Position numbers and translations under genes: made by a program. DNA of 64,000 nt from Alphaproteobacteria bacterium (GTDB lineage: Bacteria > Pseudomonadota > Alphaproteobacteria > G965222575). Positions within the stretch are counted from its first letter, which is position 1. Each line of letters begins with the position of its first letter. The DNA is taken from NCBI GenBank assembly GCA_965222575.1, contig OZ244958.1:768001-832000 (forward strand). Reading direction: 5' to 3'. The notes beneath the pieces were generated by a model. That model ran no database searches. It was given only the letters and a program-made list of their open reading frames with translations, and had not been told where the DNA came from. This document shows positions 50,901-51,307 of the stretch, piece after piece.

Positions 50901-51307
50901 ATATTGAGAATCGTTATAAGACAGTCTATAGGACAGCTTATAACCTACAGCAAAGGCTTCTCAATAGGAGGACAACCTTGTTTGGCAATCAAAGAACATC
51001 GGTTCTGTCGGATTTTTATCGAGGAGGGAAGCTATACATGCCTTTAGCGGGGGATTTTATAGGCATGGGTGGTCAGATAAGAGGTTTTAGAAGGGTACAG
51101 GAGATAGTTGGGGAAGACTATTATGCTGATGGAGTAGGGGATGTGGAGAATAGAGGTGTGGTTCTTTACAAGTTCCAAGGACCTGTAGAAAATTCTGATA
51201 GGGGTGTTTGGACTGAAATTGAGGTTTTTGAGGAGGAAGAAGCTGAAGAGGATGTGGAGCCTGATATCAAGATTGATGTTTTGGAGGAAGAGAAAGACGA
51301 GGAGTAA
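8981..51307 (+). CDS. Giant (~14,100 aa) secreted/surface protein: signal peptide, FHA/TPS-like N-terminal domain, ~29 tandem FG-GAP beta-propeller modules, acidic C-tail
   Basis: Uninterrupted 42.3-kb ORF. Signal peptide ...KLACVFLLFGSAPVFA|LP suggests a true start at 9044 or 9098. It is followed by LP...MNVEQTERLAVIHWGEFTVGNGETVNF...VIVNR (haemagglutination-activity/TPS-like). Repeated FGWSV...LFVGAP...FGYS...L.VGAP...GAVF.Y motifs. Confidence 0.9.
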   Translation: MLIFGKIHVSIARRRNSKRILMKLSLLPHGFCGQSFLKGMFKLACVFLLFGSAPVFALPSLKYGRPVDGEKIKITKPASNTMNVEQTERLAVIHWGEFTVGNGETVNFKGPLDSVIVNRFTLDKNWYSSSLRETDKAYFRIEEGGTVTGSLRQTLVFVAPAQDVHLAGRIDAHSLLITTSDFVHFTDVLKEQEAKTITSSTNFFPAIGARAAQTLAARGTITLASTAVINVADVGQIALISPKITINSPTITFSKLSKQDYQIKGLIPGGKQLLLSTAQSFTFDITSSAVEYAEDLDPSNTITESVNVFQITNWFSRQKIKSVTGDITTWLIPKIDIKTGTNLVAQEVLVYLPSTPAPSSPEFLLNPGASIQANHLIDFQGRGGLTFGGSLIMEGILGKIQIEGSSFSLPSGGKIEQIVPTGGQTAEIFINIKGKSVSSVPLGEKAMKGGSSSTSSGGKVVISGAHPTRGVGITHITAGDFLHSGSYESHVGTITLHAKHDLRILGGTVKITAGTGEASIKLNADYGMYLNAGAVLDMSAREGKTTFFLQAFSSILLFNKFKTQLQDKADPKVFFHLDRGEGIVLQGQRIKPIYVDITFEYTDSTGLKTLRFLPALHEPVKPEPVFVHYGADQMKGFRVQNSVDANRIQHIKLITESLSTLKFEAPIDLFRKKGQVAKPRSVAVFKFPTYQLMVVGLPSLIRPFGETLIELQKIQQSQVYVYKSYSSGGADTFKLSQVLYSPKPQSAFGYSIALSLHGGLLYLAVGAPRFTHGDGKAMGAVFLYAAREGDHFNEEQVIRIDRETIGWQGGNEDFLLNLGVDVDFDGEKLYVINNHLFDIQTILPAGADHPARYSFSSLFVFSLNGAGAKLESVYQFPLKGSSLSLDSYFTLPEAVRVRNVDLYAIDDRERKGFFNHPSTSGFTHLSVYNGVVAIKVQNYAESLLVKSDGALPTGDIPFYVQTDDQTDEEQQLQQLKQLQESFVFLLRTATPKKPPKVVFQLPNQEVRGHEFLYYNDHHRVSYRFLDLRFEGTLGIILLPSSAGGYSLILQDGSGVRFLNLRPDGFDDGSFVISRVGKSSFVESFFFLGKSKNYEGETYGIGVFQDILGELSFVTLSPTNKGVISISSPEVKDSIGTQVLSNFKSLAVKALEDQYLVALGNEEQFVSLYKVRKSQNILDMANVELLFVVWNKAPGFGTSLAFGEKDLFVGAPNQEGGGTVYAYRLIKGDALGDFALGAPVDLLEGLEESYTGFASDLIIGGRIAFDSVQKYLAISAQSSDPYGTSAVGVFSINQEDIGIESRVVLIIRGGASSYDSLPFELGSFVGWSGDGKLLGISSQKSSSIYLFDGTSFELKGKIGQYDSLLSLPQNPFLFSSLENFALSEGFRGLYTLYVAQSEKVFVYPLRYERGTLVWEKEGKRLEHKQTDYSFVSVSGQGLLILDKATDDVHFLNFQADDIRKQSLSVLKVSFDQYYLAIGEPFYDSSKGRVMVYEDGVADFAMLRFQFQLQGETKGDLFGWSVELLLEENGRPVLFVGSPQVTGSRRGVVQAFSLAASLQTSDRALFTLSPSPSIEGVKGFGYSVSAKGSYLLVGAPQTNEKGMVFLYHNDNGYTLQGTYDLDEKEEIVGYGSNVGLFLHDSKHYAYVIGYRDDGQEGRTSTISLLREGVDVASGFSYVPHEDVGMLYDFDKELGAFFSFSGDVSETYLGAFGLVGGSTKILRYQLAFDAQGDFTVRLAGTPARAPSNTVVIRGFTSLYNPSLIDFDVLENRLMKDHLFFFVVNNVEIFKLEEEKLREEEDGLLQIVNIRTGVQKQEKRSFDIFRDPDTRKLYVAVGEPAIGLPIVGKVTVMEAFGSNFEDAQIRFTLQGEELGDYFGWSVKFHLLEKHQEKDQLALFVGAPQAEGRGLVKVFSLQKEELFTLRPPEVTKKEDGSPLAISSFGYSINAIERDLLIGAPATGKYKTGAVFLYKWVKDRQFYRLEQGFFMLEIKPEAVKRTWNVSSTSYESSAAQASPPNEHLKIQGMGSSHVLFRDLIHVSGVEMEVERFGSEVGFFDFEERRFFFAVAYDVQDNGVKKTLLYAFKKDDNGVFAKIPPQQREREDSRQDQNDVFYSSAQTYSVYFSGQHPDNPQGKKIRDDTAIGPMKVLPGEYVGFFTFFVSDLWRHLPSERIPARYGGRYYSEIFTGRTVSQGSVGTGSLIRYRVIGAIKLGGGKGELKYFSIGSTKNRDGIKTLREGNINLDIPGSEGLSSLYNTGLVTLRVLDSSGINLNGSLFITSEMKMFRLSLNTEIFYIGGNPMSTQAGFRLKDYRATKGKSSYSMVLTLVEGREEVGTRVLELLKGTSLQISELGAEEIKWFVGDRRKTSISVLKKSGVTFFLAVGEPFVSKGRVTVFRSSEQDFSDGREVFSLENPSKDGLFGWSVKMHFLDRDGIGIGLPEPVLFVGAPTDPEAKASTYKGEVHLYSFGKNDKGEYDYAPLQTLGLEYGYEALDLRGFGYALAAVRSSLIVSVPTSYKSLGTIFAHGGLFVYHWDNDKYVLKRTELMFTGAVPRPTAPGVVFSHRTSIGGVNRNFGAEVGAFIYFESDYSKDPKYQENPYTIVDPWVAHSVDGTYYWGINRKGGSQGDFLQRDDARAYYQNYFKGTPHFYTAAYNADSSKTVLIFFRVGADGGVDFTQEKELDGEVGSFFPFRHKVWHSANRSSSYYNLWYTSDIYVWKNDANSRLYLHNVPVYLNVIGGLTYTAEEKGELMLITLRLPQQPYPKDHNSASITQITKQTTTLSLDTLSLGVGFTDAYNPSKVSIDVVDGAKINEHVFVTTKLETFRLGYAIGGVGVRHAGKGPITLVPSLQGAHEAFKLREKVEETRTRVVFLNPQARAEGVSLPNKVALPGPDQELLIFQGIASISVLKASAHKFYLALGDPTDNSNTGKAVVFEMGHYDFSDVQKTFEVEGSAAGDWFGWSVKLQLLDRDGGGAGLPEPVLFVGAPKAKNGKGSVEVFDFKKKILIQTLSPEASLTYVRAFGYSLGGGIYKKRQFIRGPPVTEDEEEVHNYLLVGAPASVQSDSVDTQDGAAFVYKWNNGEGAGGATVPGAYELKGVARPPDGSHITVGSVVEGQLPDSATVGGVDVALSVYNEHFGASVGFVNYDSIPLLYVVSYNSDRTGTAISAFQLLSSGTDAVSYGGTLSKVVEGEYGAFFTLPIQAWEVSYFEGSAQYKWFLSETEADTFTLPVDSLHEKTEKTAIDVLGFLVRGIGGDLTVKYGVVNPNAGGIDFQSPEIKINTGIGVLVGFTTLYRTTNKLSFAALRDRLLIGQGVEVYIAPLTVNDEKNITIGSLQTVATPAITFTEVTAIDVLKESDNKFYLAVGEATDTSEKGKVTVYEGTDSAFADIAVKFTKSGDSEGDRFGWSVKLNLLDKDGAGSGTPEPVLFVGAPKANSEKGYVKVFNVDVSGSFIQTIKFAHKTFNKIALFGYSIGARGEHLIVGMPGSIRGGKPSGGAIALKWNTLSKRFKLGKVYLYITDNAHYGGTSVGVFMHNNTTPYFYYAHYSPSSSATVIRLRKYDGGHKNLEGTEKDDGVVYGSLFTIPVEKSDGSSTELLGLLYKDGDQLKIKYASLAVTHPRSKRNLLPSLGDIDIPGDVVAGFTLPETYDTDPMPRRWSFAALPGRLFMGHGDKVYVASLTVPSVSLRGIVGETSRRVESVTFDIENIRKASLPLGKVAKVVFDEISSLSVLRVTDSKFYFAVGESGFEDFTGRAVVFESKDSAFSDIMQKFVIKGDNAGDWFGWSVKLGLLDKDGAGAGLPEAVLFVGAPQVGVPQAQAKGLVQIYTVRSKGKLQTIEPTSNDNRAFGYSVGGGLHENSGSSFLVVGAPHKTLQSTTGGKVYFYEWKAGQYILKEAFESSSSSDTNFGFAVGSFLYSTTPYFYVADTRTTSIVLSFYQVRGNDVLVKRLETYRNGAWWKVSYEEEGAQVYEWYSLESEADARVMALGAASPSVQAQKVAYTGDTGEYGSLFTIPVSAWKVSYEEGGAKAYEWYSLGSEATDRVTEIGGSASAQEGYVEVLGLLYKDGLQLKSKYAALSFTTPGSLLADLGEIDIPGIDIPGDVVANFGSPSTYFVDVASTAVPRRLSFAALPDQLFVGTGSSVQISALTPSNLEVIRSSDTSSSMKVSGVLVNNGIKSLSLTANGGVADVLFLVEEEEEAATISFTEITSIDVLEFDDNGVDKFYLAVGEATANNERGKVVVFEGSNSEFADIAQKFNLKGNNAGDWFGWSVKLNLLDKDGAGSVNAPEPVLFVGAPKVNNGIGYVKVFDFNKRVIQTIRFAHGAVDIKLLGYSIGARGEHLIMGAPGTTHGTYTIGAVIYGKWNTATKLYTMKISVYAHTSRVYFGNEVGIFLHATPYFYATYYYSPGKYTTVRLFKYDSGNYLRDVRREGVRFEYGSLFTIPVEKSDGSSTELLGRLYKDGAQLKIKYATFNPLLTTGRFLEDRGEIDIEGDVVDEFTLPPTYDNDPMPNRWSFAALPGRLFIGNAAGVRSALLTVDDTSNPWTITLGSFVQAVGTPVGTTVAPVAPVAPPPFTFTKITSISVLKFADNKFYLALGEAGGDDSKGKVVVFSAADSAFASSQQSFHVSGQSAGDYFGWSVKLQLLDKDGGGSVNAPEPVLFVGAPKANSGVGYVKVFGLDGSKIAKITPPASNVRAFGYSLGGGIYKNRQGSSRNVNPNTMTQAQVEASLNPFDIREVTEKVENYLLVGAPESVNTDNTQVGAVFVYKWFNGGDKGFYNFSMTITPSQATALPSTDGRHFGASVGYFSYSSWGLHIYVVSYNSTHTRTAISTFRFSGSLYYRDNLSKYNIVGEYGAFFTLPVQALKVSYLAWYAPGGASEKFDFSWSAPAPTMSQPITHLPGWKMGDSGESFRKSGLALKTEEDSIEVLGFLVRESGSLKIKYGFVDETAGIGISVNAQSSDISITTETPVDVGFTGLYESKPSFAALPDNLFIGHGEKVYNATLNATAVIKAQARRLESVTFSIDSPAELTLPPVVALDFTEITAIDVLKVADKFYLAVGEATVNSNTGKVTVFEGPDSTFADIAQTFMVEGEADEERFGWSVKLHLLDKAGNGTLVPVLFVGAPKATIGSTSGAGYVKVFDVVVGDGVDRNIQTITYVSADATTQVSLFGYSIGARDEHLIIGAPGTTYTSTSSVTTTIGLIRFLQWDTTNSEYGGIQETVIEDGSRYLYYGASVGTFLDNTKPYFYATQRFGTSTVIRLYEYITVDGSYESVKQTIGGADAKFEISLDGIEYSSFFTIPVEKSDGSSTELLAFLHKDGGQLKIKYALLDVTLTSGFLDYRGDIDIPGDVVAGFAIPETYDTDPMPSRWSFAALPGRLFIGYGTELRNTSLTGVDEQIPPPPPTAPTAPTAPTAITFTGITAIDVLKESANKFYLALGDSTDNSNTGKVVVFEGTDSEFSTLTQTFEVLGDNAGDWFGWSVKLALLDRDGDTATLSHEPVLFVGAPKATLGGTSGVGYVKVFDISGSAIKTITPLNSRAYNWPNVLTVAATSPTSLANVRAFGYSVSGSMHTTPAFVRSIPGGMAAAESYLFVGAPESYSGEGAVFVYRWSGGVGLPYEAPGGEYALKGVVSPTVISDLNDNVYSSLSKIPAGGSAWSADYSNHFGASVGYNVYRGKLSLYVVSYNSGHTETALSAFDVSGNAYFLIPESTKVEVGEYGAFFTLPVVENTESYTVLGFLVRDSGLKIKYALQSASGISFQSADITIPTGTGITDVGEKFTNLYTTTNKLSFAALTDKLFIAQGTGVKRTSLTASGITIVSGGGTVYINAVSFNIGNTMETLIGQAPTAPTEPTAITFTGITAIDVLKESANKFYLALGDSTDNSNTGKVVVFEGTDSEFSTLTQTFEVLGDNAGDWFGWSVKLALLDRDGDTATLSHEPVLFVGAPKATLGGTSGVGYVKVFDISGSAIKTITPLNSRAYNWPNVLTVAATSPTSLANVRAFGYSVSGSMHTTPAFVRSIPGGMAAAESYLFVGAPESYSGEGAVFVYRWSGGVGLPYEAPGGEYALKGVVSPTVISDLNDNVYSSLSKIPAGGSAWSADYSNHFGASVGYNVYRGKLSLYVVSYNSGHTETALSAFDVSGNAYFLIPESTKVEVGEYGAFFTLPVVENTESYTVLGFLVRDSGLKIKYALQSASGISFQSADITIPTGTGITDVGEKFTNLYTTTNKLSFAALTDQLFIAQGTGVKRTSLTASGITTGGSSSSGYYITGVEFTIGSTMETLIGQAPTAPVAPVALAPLALPVAFTGITAIDVLKESANKFYLAVGEAADNSNTGKVVVFEGTDSAFAGIKQTFEVKGGAPEEWFGWSVKLFLLDRDGDTVTLSPEPVLFVGAPKASPTIRGTVTSGVGYVKVFDISGGDIQTITRPFYDADSQVRLFGYSIGARGEHLIVGMPGLEYSGSGTIGLISFWKWKISSINPSLSQYDMSQEFLAGGITYLGAQVGAFMHTTTPYFYATNATSSGGTTIKLYQPAGNGYAQIVLQETGVEYGSFFTIPVEKQDGSSTELLAFLHKDGGQLKIKYATLDVTLASGFLEYRGDIEIPGDVVDDFSLPPTYDTDPMPRRWSFAALPGRLFMGHGAELKSTLLTVDDTSWSITLGTETEPTAVTFTGITAIDVLKVADATAGDKFYLAVGYPTDTNDKGKVTVFEGTDAEFATLTQTFEVLGDNAGEWFGWSVKLSLLDRDGDTVTLSPEPVLFVGAPKATIGSTSGVGYVKVFDISGGDIQTITPLNFKDYVTLTLITDLTYVRSFGYSVSGSVIESASHSRYRKESYLFVGAPASTHNNVEEGAAFVYRWNNAANGEYQVKSLIRPTANSHGAGITTAYNMVPQVPSVSPWSPDYSNHFGASVGYNVYRSELYLYVVSYNSNRTETALSAFVVSSHWWAFHQGSYSKVEAGEYGAFFTLPVVENTESYTVLGFLVRDSGLKIKYGVIDPSRRSPNKWLVFQSADITIPTGTGITDVGEKFTNLYTTTNKLSFAALTDKLFIAQGTGVKRTSLTASGITTGGSSVNRYYITGVEFTIGSTMETLIGQAPTAPTEPTAPTAITFTGITAIDVLKFADDKFYLAVGEATDTNDKGKVTVYEGTSSVFSNIKQTFMVKGDNEGDRFGWSVKLNLLDKAGDDIFVPVLFVGAPKASSGKGYVKVLNIDETSGFGISGFEIQHLALSFEIDNTYQPPDVLTGKGKNKQLTTPPLSRFQLSPGLFGYSIGARGDHLVVGMPGTTITRDSTEVSTGAVVLLKWDTGNSEYVIGQIPGALNTDSDDERTMVLERGNANAIFYDYDIESLRFGTSVGTFLHNTTPYFYATHDKKEASSAAYWRTYKVVGTHIRLFEYTTSRVVLNADGNPISIDRELYEFNTERMGGQAQAQQSPLSQAQGPKYGAFFTIPVEKPDGSTTELLGYLYQDGSQLKIQYETFFDINNRRKFLKPRGEIEIPGTVQVGDFTLPSTYDTNPGYILSRVSLVALPGRLFIAQGAEVKSTPLTVTSDWSVVPLGKFVQLGGVDEITVGGQIIIPPTAPTAPTEPTAPTEPTAPAVTFTGITSIDVLKFADATAGDKFYLALGDSADNSNTGKVVVFEGTNSMFSDIAQTFEVKGGATEDWFGWSVKLQLLDKDNTTATLPPVPVLFVGAPKANSGAGYVKVFDVVVNGGDRNIQTIPAPASMRAFGYSLASGLYTSTSLISRRARRLPKQKHSGSYAVDNHLFVGAPESYSGAGAAVMYKWSTLSGGSYSSPLEVRVNNVSGTHRDDSVSTNIRTNYGNHFGVSVQYLHYTTWEAILLVMSYNSSRTGVAMSVFYPDARYQFRLSDIIGGTSSGKYGPAFPLPVKVWRVTVLVDGTTRWAYQFLDKAALDKALPNMHNAHKLKSFSSTRVEKEHFINAFGFLYREANGALKIKYAAARLGNTGGPKGINPQTPDIPITGMKAVGANFADLYETTDKLSFAALPDQLFITQGDKVYITPLTSSNVVLEGFDGGAVGSPIELVDSPTFQLYNVLKSVSFSIDPPEVLPLSSASSDGGQTTEPTAPTGPVTPVEPVEPVAVTFTGITAIDVFKESDNKFYLAIGEAGGDASKGRVVVFKGTSSTFADIAQTFKVEGAEGEWFGWSVAIGLLDKDGGADAYAPEPVLFVGAPKAQGQGIIGVYTLNDKTHLQDVTIPLNQGSHWGYNVDGGFHAGTRKSYVFGNTASTSGTQWAFAQVWRPNASDPKGGSYVSGAYGSRQIKSRQMGGFNAVSLFSDSVAPHFLVSGYTRSYGTEATGYKHRSRLEALSFTGILHIKGSVLPVRSRRYNFFFTIPVQKADGSSTEMIGFLYKDGTQLKMKYAAVDFTNTRTGGGEPLLGQNPLTFSADSSDIVIDTGTAVPDVLFGNSVFNVTNKLSITALEDKLFIAQGDTVWSADLTVVSSGSPGSPPIITIESLESVDFSPPPPAITFTGITAIDVLKVADNKFYLALGDSADNSNTGKVVVFDGTSSTFADIKQTFEVKGGATGDWFGWSVKLQLLDRDGAADVFSPEPVLFVGAPKANSGEGIVKVFAFDETVIQTLTPAGITRPVIKAFGYSLDVTDPRIRASYLIIGAPESEHSSINKGAVFVYTWKIDATTSSNSAYDLRAVFSRNVTPAGVIPYSRGVSINAPGPIQRYLGAEVGAFYMGDDKARFYASAYATDRSAGTTIVFFHAEDASDTARVRQYVKGTRKHSVSYKKSGNDEYEYGSFFIIPVTASNGDELDILGVLFRDPSDGALKSKYATFRPPPSGALGLTEFLTGEISLDMDTVTSVDAGFTTLYTTTNKLSFAALEDKLFIVQGDKVYRASLAPNNLASKADVSTLTFTVGDLAEESFVEGKMKVKFTQMTAISILKVADDKFWLAVGDPGDSSNTGKVVVFEGTDATFSDLEQKFKFTGDKVGDSFGWSVKLHLLKDNTGSVLTSMLFVGAPKVSRTISRTISGVASEVASEGIVRLFLLNPNTYSAYTPAILPMATFSYNDGTSKNILVGAFGYSLQTITYNEDNFLIVGAPETYNGEGAVFFYKIEPTSVVLKQVFFVGNKPTLTTSVTTVTVGQVTLKDGAYNKHFGAEVGAFLYNNTPYFYAASHNDVSHTGTALHFFQRQDDSTISQFLQGDQPYGEVYDAAEYGTFFILPVQLWSLTYQNGIEWYKTEAEAEEAKSGIGGTIASESIDVFALLKSNGFLTIKTFFRDADRQGFIASSGEEFDISGFLPTVLADGFTGLYAPSKVSILLLENRLFVAQGTGIKTQSFSSTVLLNPFVTSLNIASRASQVETLTLTSADEQVPVIGKEESSVFTKITAISVLKTTDKFYLALGDPAGDATIGKVLVFEGSDSAFSDIKQTFEVTGAMGDWFGWSVKLQLLDRDGVGSASLPEPVLFVGAPKANSGVGYVKVFAFDETQTVIQTLTPAGVTAPVIQGFGYSLDAKSHPLFRFSHLIVGAPETNGGKGAIFIYRWQDRQYVLKGVFAIEATPIVPVGVDKGMVALKEAAYNEHFGAEVGAFYFDSTFPRFYAVSYNSGHTGTSIQFFFSNASGGKTGAIRSTVYSGVEYGSFFTIPVKVWKIESSFRGGTEEFFASREEAIKRSLVLLGQDEKPETSVKTVSLDILGVLKREDDGSLKSKYATFFPVAGSLTTFLNGAIPINTGTSVDVGFTTLYAPSINKLSFAMLTDKLFIAQGTSVYSTSFTVHRTVTFAVEKDLKPVVFPTVFRFTEITALSVLKFADDKFYLAVGDPTDTSNAGRAVVFEGTNAEFSDIAQTFIVEGDNAGDWFGWSVKLQLLDRDGAGDSGLPEPVLFVGAPKAPSSTGTSEVGTVKVFAVAVADGVDRNIQTIRAPPALTYVRAFGYSLAGGIHATTNNYLFVGAPKSTHSGTEQGAAFVYKWNGSTAYELKGIARPTAASFGTSGSVFTSNPTGDSAWHVAYNRHFGASVGYLNYHNWGVHLYVVSYNSNHSGTAITFFGSDDTQLLYRKNLTSKNYQEHGAFFNLPGGQVNPVEAFGFLNRDPYGNLKIKYGIMKGDLNTGATSQLRIDYQSTPDTSIDTGTDVGARFTTLYRTTNKLSFAALTDTLFVAQGANVYSASFALNPSSTTQKLAITAKVDVVTFTRITAISVLKFTDDKFYLAVGEVADSSERGRVVVFKGPDSVFSDIHQIFEVPGDNDGDWFGWSVKLQKLGSEPVLFVGAPKANSGVGHVRVFSVDDSQRVIQTIKPPIYSMFYVRAFGYSLAGGIHATTNNYLFVGAPLSMLDGVEQGAAFVYKWNGSTAYELKGIARPMAESYGNVPASVRTGNPSGAPWHDDYSNHFGISVGFVISYSVPYLYVVSYNRERTETALSAFNLSNDNVRYLGNRSKVVTGEYGAFFNLPVEKSGQLYEILGFLVRDSGLKIKYGVVNWQQGGVHFQSPDISIDTGTDVDAGFTNPYEINNKLSFAALPLLARQKPGQLFIGQGTSVKRTSFGELPSDGDDNPYDDVTPWLRVSSSIGVTRVRFVRGDDLVEMELSSGGRETEAVSFTEITAIDVLKFAEDKFYLAVGEATVNSHRGRVVVFEGTNAAFAGVKQRFTRIGDEVGDMFGWSVKLQKLSSDPVLFVGAPKASSGVGHVKVFGLDGADIQTIRLTALTYVRAFGYSVDGGIHERISGGVTTTNNYLFVGAPASTHNNAEEGAVFVYKWDSGTYALKGVARPTAGSHGSVGSAASAHPSGSAWDADYSNHFGASVGYANFRGEPHLYVVSYKSEHTKGTAITVFGIDNADALLYRDNLTSVHREAYGAFFYLSLGQVNPVEGLGFLFREENGDLKIKYGVMKGDISTGTIHYQSIYDTPIDTGTGITDVGAEFTDLYAATNKLSFMPLADILYVAQGQNVYTTSFALNPLSTTQLIFVAKGKDFTTITSISALKFADDKFYLAVGDPHDSDSNKRGRVVVYEGPDSEFSTLTQIFEVAGENEGDWFGWSVKLSLLDRDGGADAYAPEPVLFVGAPKASSADGATSGVGYVKVFGIKGDEIQDIPPPADLTYVGAFGYSVSGGFFTSRYSGYYLLVGAPKSTHTAPAPAPGGVGVVGGSGTVTEEQGAAFVYTYGENNGEYELMGIARPTAGSHGSGDLPRNVLGAPELVDWLGRPIRDPVWDVNYRYHFGASVGYFLALGRDTTPYLYVLSYNSNRTGTFMSAFTLSSRGRARVEWDEDSSTPITGEVGAFFILPAKETYRDYNRDIGRWEFLVREISFFGFLVRDIDSGLKIRYGIGGGGVLFATSDTIPTGTGVTDVKDVGEKFTTLYRTTNKLSFAALPDQLFIGQGTNVYHTAFGATKLPNPDNPPILGFTIGSIKTLIEPAESGDLIDGLTGIASISVLKVAANEFYLAVGDPTDNSNTGKVTVFEGTDSMFSDIKQTFDVVGEAEGDWFGWSVKLGLLDRDGDTVTLSPEPVLFVGAPKAQLVDRGLGIIKVYTIRDEQLLQSVTVSDAGEWADNAFGYSVDGGFHVGTSKSYLIAGAPKVTSADASNEAYAFIMEWNPSSGSYELSQTFTSSEPKFGSEVGIFLSSPVPYFYAKSHPASATTKITFYEKGSNDEKGSKTLTGNFGSFFTISIQLADGRDAEALGFFHPQSESLEIQYADVDLTATGEDILTESGAISISTEIPVGAGFTNIYETDRIAFALLENGLFIGQKTAVQRVILTVNVLQKMTIKPLVELDLFSQTAGVSFTGVASISVLKTIDKFYLAVGDPADSDYSGKVTVFEGTDSEFSDITQTFDVTGHGDWWFGWSVKLGLLDRDNEGTTHAPEPVLFVGAPKLRISDSYGLGVIKVFTLKINTLGSRFLQDVTIDAGGNWDDNAFGYSVDGGFHAGTSKSYLIAGAPRVNPTDTGNKAYVFIMEWIPEAAAANSKLGSYQLSQTFTSFTSTEPKFGSEVGIFLSGAVPYFYAKSHPASATTKITFYGKGAKTLTGHFGSFFTIPVQLANGRDTEALGFLNRKEDGALEIQYADVDLTARGKKILTERGAVSIETEIPVGEGFTKLYDTTDRIAFAALENRLFIGQKTAVHNVLLTVDSLQKMTIKPLISTLPSRSKTAISVLKVANGEFYLAVGEPTVNKNAGRAVVFGGRDSAFSDIRQTFEVTGATGDWFGWSVKLHLLDKDGNGTFVPVLFVGAPKATTGAGYVKVFDIVGAEIQDILPQNGTVLAFGYSIAATGDHLAIGAPQSSRGRGNIAFYKWDTATTAYTFQNAFTFFEARVHGAEVGAFLYNDTPYFYSTSYSDDSTTIRFFQYENNSYILSHTQTYQGEYGSFLNIKVKTKTRTQTSEEVLGVLLREPDGSLKIKYAAFYGTETQDFATFQEIPMNRKAETSFKTLYTTTNKFSFAALPDQLFIAQGASVYRTPLTLLTLVLKDQALKVENLGFPIGALAQQNFDIKATIGEKTITSTQGLSFSVLKVTDELFYLAIGDPSRNGKVVVFEGVYADFSSSQQKFQLEGEIPGSWFGWSVKLDLLDKDGAEGAGLPEPVLFVGVPKINKNTGLVKIFSIMPDSIRELHFLKSPVLESLADISVEAFGYSIGALGQYLAIGAPQTNEDKGAVFFYTWNVENQRYQLNEAAFVGVNPTITDVVVHEMAGTITHSSASLAPMHFGAEVGDFSYKNMISPFLAGNLSRAPDYYRNNDYFYSVGYNADHTKTILYLFHKQDDGDDVTFTQVSSKDPSDPPAPAPQVFDEELGSFFTFHVGPIWEVWTSKQGQLSRRLSETLPRGGGDTFFSALQLRSLGALTSDGAVKYYLSLFHPRTSGTIKLEVDEEGALTVTQKFALPSKDDFKSILIKEVSSATPENASFVPQLLSLPLYGILPGRNFTSLYHPARVDLNVLEGDYIGEHVFFAGLKTFRLQQKGDIAVSAVAATVNLFVKSDPSSVNLPFAYEKVETEDFQSLSALQVRDDLFYLAMGYPSVVTVFRARQSDFSDGTLDFQLEVKEELESDLGTESWFGWSVKLHLLDKDGAGDTPDEPVLFVGAPQWGVGIVKVFTVAPTEDASRDLQTLSPPMDIPDVVPQAFGYSIGAMENNVMVGAPKTNEDKGAVFFYTWNVSNQEYELKEAAFVGVAPTITGVVVHKMAGTIAHSGAALIPAQFGAEIGAFVYDSMINPVYHPDVASDHADYRWIASESSKRNRYLYVVGYHADHTKTILYLFNKQDDGTFTQVSSEDPSNPPVPQVFDKELGSFFTFYVQTVWEVYLSGVVNRTRWYYFTETQARARAVAEDKSKHPIFSAFDLYSLGALNSAGEMEYYTLPLDPKVGVGEEITFSGDASYTRPVDVVSSKPMAFTERGAVSLKSMLSVNDKAFTSLYYSSRVVLDVLRSSFGEKLFMTSTLRKFSLQQDEFEIDNPAGADGVITTLTYSLGSQAPLAVSPTVKELIAPFQKLSFLKMDDALFYLAVGTPGEVTVYQSLTPDFDEVEEKFRIQDKRDDWFGWSVKLHLLDRDGEGDSFELEPLLLVGSPQWISGIVKLFVFTPTGSREFDTIPPPSIDMLVVRSFGYSIGTLGGNLAIGAPKTNEDKGAVFLYTWNVDYQEYQLKEAIFVGAKPEIDDVIVHEMAATITHRGFSLEPMHFGAEVGVFAYQSFINPTYYPLLTGEQSLSPDYAGMTDSGHSLNANYFYSVGYNAARDKTLLYLFAKQNDGTFVQVSSKPTMPAIPPAPQVFNEELGSFFTFYTYTIWEEVALKELTTVGSSGFEVKSSGFGYYKTEEAAKASAQIDRNVLSAFHLYSLGALDNEGKMQYYTFSFYPRHYRAEHDFTGQEGSYNVKIDIGSYPEKRAFFGYHGKVDLSLPEFGAKFTSLYYPDRVVLDVVTGQDLSESVFMISTMKVFKLEIKTLEVQTRSRRIASGGLELVLKEESLSPLRSYEAPASGRVITRSFQPKSLFTKASSTTLKKSIERQFKFYDNVLETKEYEVPVHRDIENRYKTVYRTAYNLQQRLLNRRTTLFGNQRTSVLSDFYRGGKLYMPLAGDFIGMGGQIRGFRRVQEIVGEDYYADGVGDVENRGVVLYKFQGPVENSDRGVWTEIEVFEEEEAEEDVEPDIKIDVLEEEKDEE
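25201..27840 (+). repeat. Near-perfect 1320-bp tandem duplication of one module
   Basis: Lines are identical at offset 1320 (e.g. 25261 vs 26581) over about 25219-26367 vs 26539-27687. A few substitutions follow, then divergent tails. Confidence 0.93.
31703..31765 (+). repeat. 9-bp (CCAACAGCA-type) repeat encoding a Pro-Thr-Ala/Glu linker; representative of the inter-module linkers
   Basis: PPTAPTAPTEPTAPTEPTAP. Similar tracts occur at about 22641-22700, 25181-25228, 26519-26548, 27841-27895, 30259-30298 and 33213-33274. Confidence 0.88.
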
